Program-made: the position numbers and the translations under genes
The notes under the pieces: model-generated
Database searches by the model: none
What the model was told of the DNA's origin: nothing
The model's input: only the letters and a program-made list of their open reading frames with translations
In this document: positions 55,001-64,000 of the stretch, one piece after another
Layout: every line of letters starts with the position of its first letter
Numbering within the stretch: position 1 is the first letter of the stretch
Assembly: GCF_964355755.1 (NCBI RefSeq)
Contig: NC_092676.1
Coordinates: 7,169,888 to 7,233,887 of the forward strand
DNA: 64,000 nt
Direction: 5' to 3'
DNA from: Antedon mediterranea
Taxonomy: Eukaryota; Animalia; Echinodermata

Positions 55001-58000
55001 CTGAATTGGCAAAATTAAAAATTTGCACACGACCCTGTACTACGTCATTTATTTTGTCGACCGCACCCACAAAATCATCAATACAATACAACTTTATATT
55101 GGTGAATATTAATTTCATTAGAGAAAACCTTGCTTTAACAATAAAAAAAAATAACATTTTCGGCAATAACAAAAATTAAATACCTAATATGACATAACAC
55201 TACAATTATTGTTATCATTGTTTGGTTGTATTATTCGAACTCACACTGAACGCGTCGTAGCTTATACGAAGTAATGGTCACTCCGTAGTAGTGTATACAA
55301 TATATATAGACCTATATCATTTTTTTCTCTACACATTTGTTGAATTTGTAGTATGTTCACGTTTGATTTGATAGCAATAGCAATGTTATCTTACCATTAG
55401 TTTAGTACGATAAATAGCTGTGCACGCGCTACAATATAACACTGTACCATTTTCCTCATCTTTTGCATACATTGACAAAGTGGGAATTCCGAAAAGGTAT
55501 CATAAAAGAACGATGTTTTACTTGTTGACGCATATTCGTAAAGGTGATATCTGCTAATGCTAGTCAGCTTTAACAAAAAAGAAAACGTGTATAATGATTA
55601 ATAATGTTGATTTATAGCAATTTTAATAAATATGTTATTTTTATTCTGCTGTAAAGCTCTGATTAGAAACAAATGTCCGTATCTGAATAATAGTCGTTAA
55701 ATATTGATTAATATAACAATGGACCTATAATAGCAGTGAGCCTGGTATTTGATTTGTAGGCCTATATCAGGCGTTTCATTCCTGCTATTGTTGTTCATAT
55801 TGCAAAATAAGCAAGCAAGTTCTATATCAGTTGTATTACAGCACCACAGGATTTCCAGGTATATTATATGGTATCTCGCGTGAGAAGTTAGATATGCATT
55901 ATTTACATTGAACAGTATACGAATATATTTATTATTAGTTATTCTTCTCTACACCTTGTTTGTGGAACTTGCGGTATGTCAATGTCCGATAAATAGCAAG
56001 CGAAAACATTAGAAGCCTACGAACGCTACAATATCAAATGTTGCATTTCCCTTAATATTTTACATACATTCACATGGTAGGACATCCAAAGAGATAACAT
56101 AAATAAAGATGTTTTATTTGTAACCCATATCACACGTAAATTAATTAGTCTTAACCACTTAACTGATGCCTTGTTTAAACGTTACAGAATGGAACCATAG
56201 TTTCGCGATTTTTTTTTTCGTGAAATTAAAAAAAAAATGTTTGTAAATTGATTAATCTAATTGTTTTATTTGTTTGGAACCAGTGTTTCTATATTAGTTG
56301 CATGCTAAGCTTTTGAATTTGATGAAATATGTAATCTGTTGAACATATTTTAATTAAAGTATATATCGAATGGTTGCATCTATATATAATTATGGTTAAT
56401 TCTGACATAGGCAAGCACAATGGAAAAACTTCGGTATAAATCTCCGCCTTGGATACCTACCTTATCTATCTTAGATGTACCGCGAAACGTAGATTTGATA
56501 ACATTAGTTTTCAATACTACGCTATTGTTACATTTTTGTCTTTTACAACGACAACATTTAGCGTTACCTATCGAAATTTGTGGATATCACATGGTTATTT
56601 TCACAAACTCGCGCTGTTGTTGAACTGGCTTCTGGGTCCGTCACTTCCTGCAAAATGGCCGTTGGTGGCGAAATTCAATATCAAATACAAATATTTTAGT
56701 GGTTTAACTGATCGTGAGCTACTGCAATTAATTTGTTTTAGATATTCAACTAACCAATTATATTGACTAGATGGTACGCTCGCTTCGCTCGCGTACCATC
56801 TAGGTCGTGCCCACAGGTGGTTCTCGAATACATAGTAATTTCAGCGTTAAAAAAACTGGCGACTTCAAATGTACATGCAGGACAATAATACATGTCGTTT
56901 ACAGGAACGAATAAATAAACACGGTGATTTATGTACTCAACTAAAATTAGCACCCCGGGAATTACTTCCGAAAAAGAAACTTGTCACAAAATAAGAAACA
57001 AACTGAATTTGTGTTTTGTATGTAACATTAGGGTTGAGGGATGGGGAAGAGGATGGGTGCAAATACGAACAATTTTTAAATATATTCTTTATCGATTTAG
57101 TAACGAAATATGAATTGGTTTCATGTTTACCACTAAACACAGTAAAACATTGCAATGTAATACTTTGTTGAAACTATCACCGTCCTAGTCGATTGAAATA
57201 GTACAGTACATGTAACGATACATCACTAATACGATGTTTATATTTTTTTGTAGTTACATTATTAATTAATACAAACGTTCAGAAGGAACTGTCAGTAATA
57301 AAGTAAACACCTCTATTCGGGGCAAATCGTAAATTCGCTTTAATCGTCAATAAATAATTATCTAACTAAACTTAATTAATAGGCCTAATGGTCAATTGTT
57401 TCATAGAGCCAATTCTTACTTAAGTTGTTTCCTAACCACCAAAGTTGTTCTGCGTTTAGGGCATGTACTGATCCTTCGTACTGTAAGTCTGTCCTCTACT
57501 GGCTTTACAACGCTACCCATGCCAGTGAAGGGGAGGGTGGTGGTGTTGGTGGTGGTGGTGGTTTAGCTGCAATAATAAAGTTGATTGTACATAATAGACG
57601 GCGACTGGAAAGGCTAGCTGATTATGCGTTAAAAAAAAGATTCCACAGATTGGAAAAAAATGTATCGAATTTCTGTTATGACTGTACTTGTCATTACGAC
57701 GCCTGAGGGAATAGACACTTGCGGAACAGAGATTGGAATGTTCCTTTTATCGCAGATCAAAACATTTGTATAAACGTATATTAAATCTATCAAAATAGTA
57801 TTTTTTAAAGAAAATCGGCCTGTCTTCCACATTATGATGCTGTACTCGAGCTGTTCAACCGGTTTTCAGCTATTAAAAACAATTATCGTAAGAGGAGATA
57901 GGAAAATGCGAAGCATCCTCGCATTATTGTCTGCGGGTATTTTTCAAGTTGGACATCCATTAGACAGTGCATACCACGACCACGAAACATCCCTATTTAG

Positions 58001-58455
58001 GGCAAATCGTTGAACCTAAATTCGTTTTAATTGTCAATAACTAATTATCTAACTCAATTTAATTAGTAAACATGGTTACATCAGATGGTTAAAATCAGTA
58101 CCGAAAGTACGAACCAACTTTATATACCATCGAGTAAAAATTCCAGAAATAAACCGCGATTTATCTAATTTTGCCCTTACGTAAATTTATATATAGATTA
58201 AAGGCATTTACTTTATATGAACTACAATTTGTTTTAGTAATTTAACTATTATTGAAGGCCTTTACTTTACGTGAAATACAATTTGTTTTAGTAATTGAAC
58301 TAATTATTTCAATGCTATTTATCAACCCACTTTATCAAATTTAGGTGCGATTCAATGTTACTATAGGAGGCTAATTGATGCTTTTGGTCTCTTGGTACGG
58401 TCACGTTAGAGACTTTTCAGTGATTGATTACTCCTATTAACGGTTTCCTCCTGTG

Positions 58456-59400
58456 TGTAACGTTCAGATAACATATATAACAATAATATAATATGTATAT
58501 CATAAGTACACTGTTCTTTACAATTATATTATTAGCATCTTACGTTCTTATGATTGATTAGAGTCGTGGTTCTAAACAAAAGAAGGAGAATACGCTTTGA
58601 TTCTTTCCTTCTATCCGATTTATTAGTTTCGTATTGTACTCCTGCATCAAATCGTTATGCAAATCATTTCAAGTACAAGAATTTTAAGCCCTCAAGTTAT
58701 ACAACACCAAACGTATGACACAGCATCAACTCGTGATAACAAGTCCTGACTATTATACCTCTGAATAAAATAAGAACATAGCAAGAGCTTAAATACAACG
58801 AACAAAGGAACCCGCCCAGCCTTATATCAGAACTGTAACATAGCGAGAGCCTGAAACACAACGAACAAAAGACCCGCTCTGCTTACGCACGGCCTTATTA
58901 TCACACATGGTCATCTGTATTCCAATTACAGAATGACTACGCAGCGCCCTCAATACTCAATAACTTCCACATCATTACATCTTCCCCGCCCGAAAGTATT
59001 GTTGCCCCCAAAAGTAAAGTTTCACTAAAAAAAATGCAATAGCGATATTTATTTTTTTAGAACAGAAATTGGAAGTCTATGTGGATCAATATTAATACCT
59101 TTAGTGGAACGGGTTGACCTTCTCGGGGGAGAACGGACACGTTGTGTCTTCCCACAATGGAATCTAATTTCCTCTAAATCATCCGAATCATCAGATTCAC
59201 TTAATACATCAGATTGAAATGGTAGGCCCAATGAATCATCTACTAACGAATGACCGACGGGATACAATGTATCTTCTCCATTGGAGTTTCCGTCTATTCA
59301 CATACTTAAGTTCACCACCTCTAACTGGCCGAATACCGAACACATCATCCGTAGAATTAATAGACTCAATTATATAAGAAGAATCATGAAATTTATCAAC
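58456..59400 (-). mobile_element. Gypsy-like LTR retrotransposon remnant: pol tail, PPT and ~524-bp 3' LTR (58456-58979)
   Basis: PRRSTRSTKG..DPHRLP integrase-tail-like peptide; polypurine GGGCGGGGAAGA directly before TGTAA; LTR ends TGTAA...TTACA. Confidence 0.7.
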
Positions 59401-59429
59401 AAGTTTATGACGTGAATTAAAGTACAGGT

Positions 59430-60183
59430 ACTGATATTGATATAAACTGGGTCAAGCCATTTGAAAATACAATTAAACAATCGTATTTTACCTTTTGGAA
59501 ATCTGTTTTATCCAGTAGGTAAGGTTCTAGGCCAGGTGACTCTTTTATCAAAGAGTAATCAAGCAAACACTTTACTACTTGGAAAAATTACAAATAAGTG
59601 GAACATTGATAATCTAAATGACAATTGTGTAAGGTTTGTGGTTCAGGTGAAGAAGATGTTAAACATTTCCTGTTTATTTGTAATAAGTTACATTGTATTA
59701 GAATGGAAGAATTACAAACACTTCAACGTAAACTTATTGCAATAAATTGTGTAGATACTTCTGGTGACCTATCTATTAAGGTTCAATATGTCCTAGGAAG
59801 CACGTTATTCCATAACAATAACTCTCACGACATTTATGCTGTATTTGACAGTTATTGTAAAATGTACACAAGCCGTGCTTGGAAATTAAGAAATGCAATT
59901 GTATTACAACTTTGAACTGTTTTATTTAAAAAAGGTGTTTTTTTTTCCATTGCTGTTGCAAAATCAGTAGTTGTATTAGTGTAGTTTTAGTTTGTAAATA
60001 AGTTTTGTAATAGCGTCGAGTCAAATTTTATGTCATTATCTCAAATATGTTTTATTTTCGTTTCAGTTTTTATTTTTCATTATTTTTGTATTGAATTTTG
60101 TAATTGGTATGGACGCACCATCTACGCATGTGTGCCACTGTTAAAAAAGTGTTGTTCCAAATAAATATTATTATTATTATTAT
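59430..60183 (+). mobile_element. Non-LTR retrotransposon 3' fragment with a CCHC zinc knuckle
   Basis: CKVCGSGEEDVKHFLFIC...AWKLRN; AATAAA + (TTA)n tail. Confidence 0.75.
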
Positions 60184-60525
60184 AAGGCAAACACTGAGTA
60201 TAAAAAGAAAAGTTTCTCGTATTCTGGCGCAAAGCTATGGAATAGTTTAAATGCTATAAACTAAAATGCAATTACAGCTCCTAATATACATATTTAAAAA
60301 AATTATAAATGACCAAAGATAAGCTATACTTGAAACTCTGTGTTTTTCATGAAATCATTTTTTTTTTCGTATAGTTTTTTAATCATAATTATGTACTGTA
60401 AATGATTACGGTACTTGTGTAAATAGTTTTGTAGTAAGTAACGGCCTTGTGAAAAACACCAATCTGGTGATTCAAGTGTTTCATCCGTTTTTAAATAAAG
60501 TTGTTATTATTGTTATTATTATAAA
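60184..60525 (+). mobile_element. Short CR1/L2-like LINE 3' end
   Basis: KKSFSYSGAKLWNSL peptide, followed by AATAAA + (TTA)n tail. Confidence 0.6.
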
Positions 60526-60661
60526 TAATAGTTTCAACATTTTAATATTATTTACTTATAAGTAAATTATCATACCGTTAACGTTTATAACCAGTAGGAC
60601 AATAATTACGAATGTTGAATGTGATTGTTGAATACATTTTACTTAATCAACAAACAATCTG

Positions 60662-60759
60662 CTAATCTTAGTCTTTTTAAAGACTAAGATTAGGCAACAT
60701 TTCCTATGTATTAAAAAACTAATTAAAATTAGTTTTTTAATACATAGGAAATGTTGCCT
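60662..60759. repeat. Two abutting perfect hairpins (15-bp and 33-bp arms)
   Basis: Arms at 60662-60676/60679-60693 and 60692-60724/60727-60759. Confidence 0.92.
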
Positions 60760-62597
60760 GTTAAAGATTCAAATAATAGATTGTTTGTTTGTTTGTTTTG
60801 TTTGTTTCACGATTTTATTTAAAAATGTTCTTATTTTCAACGTTTAAAACTAGTTTTATATAATTAACTAATAATGCTTTTAAATTTGATTTATTTTTCA
60901 GTTATCTTCTAATGCTGGTCTGTTTTTTAAAAATATATGAAACGTGCCTAATGATTAATAATGATGATTTACCACAATTTTAGTAAATACGATCTGTTTC
61001 TTTTATTCTGTTTTAATGCTCTGATTAGAAAAAGTTTGTCTGTATCTGAATAATAGTCGTTCAAAATTGTGAATCACTGTAACCATGGACACATAGCAGT
61101 AAGCCATGTGTTATTTTTGGACGATCTGTTAAATTACAATTACACACTAGTGTTAAATTGTTGTATTTGAGTTGTTAACCATATTAGGCTTACATCGTTT
61201 CTTTTTGACGATATTGAGTTTAATAAGTACATTGTATATTACATTAGAACATCATAGTAGACAATTTTAGATTTTACAAAAGTATAATCTTAATATGGGT
61301 GTTTATTAGTAGATGGCCACAATGTTAACAGAGATGATGCCCCTTGTTTAATCCAATGTCAGAGAAAGTGTCCTGTCATCGTATTAGTGGTGTACCAAAG
61401 GAGGGTCTACTGTGTTACAGTTTATTTGTCAGCAGTTTTATACTTGTTATTTTGTGATTTTGTATATTAAAACTTGCCAGCCAATCCATTAAACGATTAT
61501 GTAGACGTACGGTCTAGCAGTACCTGCTAGCTATTTGACGCTATTGTATTAAAACCATTTTACTATCCAGGTCTTTCAAAAATCATGTTATTGTTGGTTG
61601 CTTGCTTGGTTTAGTCTATTATTACAATGGTTGTAAATTATATTCAGTATCTTGTTGAGAACTGCTGATGTTAAACTACATAGGTCTAATAACTGTGCTT
61701 ACACCAGACAATCACCAAAGAAGGGAAGGGTGAGTTTCATCCTCACTCTTCCCTGGTAGCAAGCTAACATTAAGGATAAACTAATACTTGTGTTATTCTG
61801 TATCATCATACAAAGGTTAGTTAGACTAATATTTTGTTAAACGGTTATTTATTTGTTAAATTTGTGACTTCTAACGAATGAAATTCAGATTCCATTCTAA
61901 TAAAATCGGATACAATAAATCTGAATAATACCTGAAAGTACAATACCAAAATTAGTTTATAATTCAATTGCACAATGCGTATTTCAACGTGAAGCGACAA
62001 GAAAATATTACTTTGTGTCAACAGAGTCCAGGACAAAACAAAGGAAACAAAACACTGAAATGGATGGAAAATGTCATTTATTATTAAATGACGAAATAAC
62101 TAAATATATAATGTAAAACTATTGTAATAATAACAAAGGGGGCAGCCACCATTACATTATGTAGGTTATGGTATTGATATTACATCTAATACCTTACATT
62201 ACGTGAAGGCTGCCCCTGTTGAATATATAGTATTAACAATTAGCATTCCCCATTGTTATATAGAAAACGCACCATTAATATACTTGTAAAATAACCGATA
62301 ATATAATATAAAAGTTATAGGTCTATACAGAATCGTAACTAACATATCGTAGAATTAATATACATAATCAAATTGAGATATAATTATTATGGGCACACAC
62401 GCCAAAAACCCGACTCGCAGAGAGGGTTCCGCCCAGAAAAGTATATCGAAATAAATGCATAGGTTTGTATCTGTTTAGTTAATAGACCCAGAGCTGTGCT
62501 CAATAGGTCTGCCTGAACTACGAATGTTGTAATGAAAAGATATGCTTTGCGAGCCACAGCTCAAACAAATACATTAGTGCGTCGGTATTAGTGAAAG

Positions 62598-64000
62598 CTA
62601 AATGTAAATCTGACATGGTGGGACTATGAACGGAAGTGTATTTATATCTGGAAAAAGTTTTTGGGCACGTGAAATTTCCCCCCTTGATAAAAGATCCGCC
62701 AAAACATTATCGACGTCGGGAATGTGCGTTGCACGGAAGTGGATATTATGGCGGAGGCAAATTAATACTAAACGTCGTAGAAGTCGCAAAAGCAAGGTAT
62801 CTTTAGCAGATTTCTTGTTGATAACAGCCACAACCGCTGAATTATCACAGCGAAATAAAATTCGGTGGTTTGCCAGTTCCGAGCCCCAAACTTCCATTGC
62901 TATGACTATGGGAAATAATTCAAGCACCGCGATTGACAGACCATTAAACGTACTACTCCATTTAATAAAGAACCACTTATTGTGGAAAACAGCTGCGCAT
63001 CCGATGGATGCCGCTGCATCGGTATATAGTCGTAGCGTAGTAGAATTAAACCAGTTATGTGGAAGAATTAGGGCTTTCCCGTTGAAGGATTCGAGAAAAC
63101 CTAGCCACATATGTAAATCGTCTTTTACCTCGCGCGACAGGCGAATTAAATGATTTGGATGTTTCGCTAAGGATAGGAGATTTATAAGACGGCGTAAAAA
63201 GGCTCTACCTGGTAGCACCACGCTACAGGCGTAATTCAGCAGGCCGACCATCGACTGCATGTCGCGCAGCGTAACTTTCTTCCTGGCTAAAAATTGGTTA
63301 ATTTTAGTGATTGTCTTCGTAATTTTTGACATAGGTAAACGACATTCCATGGAAACAGAATCCACCTCTATGCCGTATATCACAATGACTGTAGTTGGAA
63401 AAACGGTCTTCGAATCTTTAATGGGTACCCCAAGTGTGTTACAAAGGGAGATGAAATTAGTAAGTGCATTTTGACAAAGATTTGAATGTTTAGGACCGAC
63501 AAAGAAAAAATCGTCCAGGATATGAGATATATCCGGGATATTAAATTTTGTACGCATTATCCAAACTAATGCTGTACTGAACGATTCAAAAATGCTACAT
63601 GAACGACTGGCCCCCATCGGAAGACAGCGATCGTAGTAGTATTTATTATTCCACAAGAAACCCAAAAGGTGATAATCGCAAGGGTGGATTGGAATGATAC
63701 GAAACGCATCCTCGATGTCGGTTTTTGCCATTAAAGAACCGGGCCCGTTTTTTAACACCAAGTTAATTACGACATCAATGGTGTCGTAACTAACTTGGGA
63801 CGCATCGTGCGGAATTCCAGAATTGACCGAGGCCCCGCGCGGGTACGATAAGTCCTGGATAATCCGGAACTTACCCGATTCAGCTTTTGGTACAACCCCT
63901 AAGGGCGAACTAACAAAATTGTTGAGCGGAGGTACCGAGAATGGACCGGCTAACCTACCGAGGTTCAAACCTTTTGTTATAAATTCTTCTATTTGTTCAG
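62598..64000 (-). mobile_element. DIRS/Ngaro-type (tyrosine-recombinase class) retrotransposon RT-RNase H ORF, truncated by the window end
   Basis: SPLGVVPK..GKFRIIQDLS, KTDIEDAFR, LPMG, ILDDFF (RT); YTDAA, IAVLEL, CDNSAVV, HIP...N..AD.LSR (DIRS-type RNase H); open frame with no stops. Confidence 0.9.

Noticed and set aside
62626-63474. Plus-strand ORFs of 175 and 71 aa
   Set aside because: Antisense shadows of the RT-RNase H ORF; no recombinase motifs seen.

Overview
AT-rich, intron-containing animal genomic DNA (invertebrate; deuterostome/echinoderm-like is my inference only). I reconstructed three spliced genes by hand, mostly missed by the ORF track. (1) TMEM242 on the minus strand: 4 coding exons, 148 aa. 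(2) Head-to-head with it, about 420 bp away, a ZDHHC14-type DHHC palmitoyltransferase on the plus strand. (3) A roughly 2444-aa NLR immune receptor (tandem DED-like + NACHT + very long LRR array) encoded by two exons. The most striking signal is in ZDHHC14: two paralogous 103-nt versions of exon 6 (TM4 + TTxE). Each has a minor-spliceosome (U12, AT-AC) acceptor and a major-spliceosome GT donor, and both lie downstream of a single ATATCCTTT donor, which implies mutually exclusive splicing enforced by spliceosome incompatibility. The NLR carries 16 near-identical 171-bp LRR units within one exon, with variation concentrated at predicted exposed positions. The remainder is MITEs (Harbinger-, Kolobok- and MULE/Foldback-like), SINEs, LINE 3' fragments, a Gypsy LTR remnant, a DIRS/Ngaro RT-RNase H ORF cut by the window end, minisatellites, and local direct and inverted duplications around the NLR.
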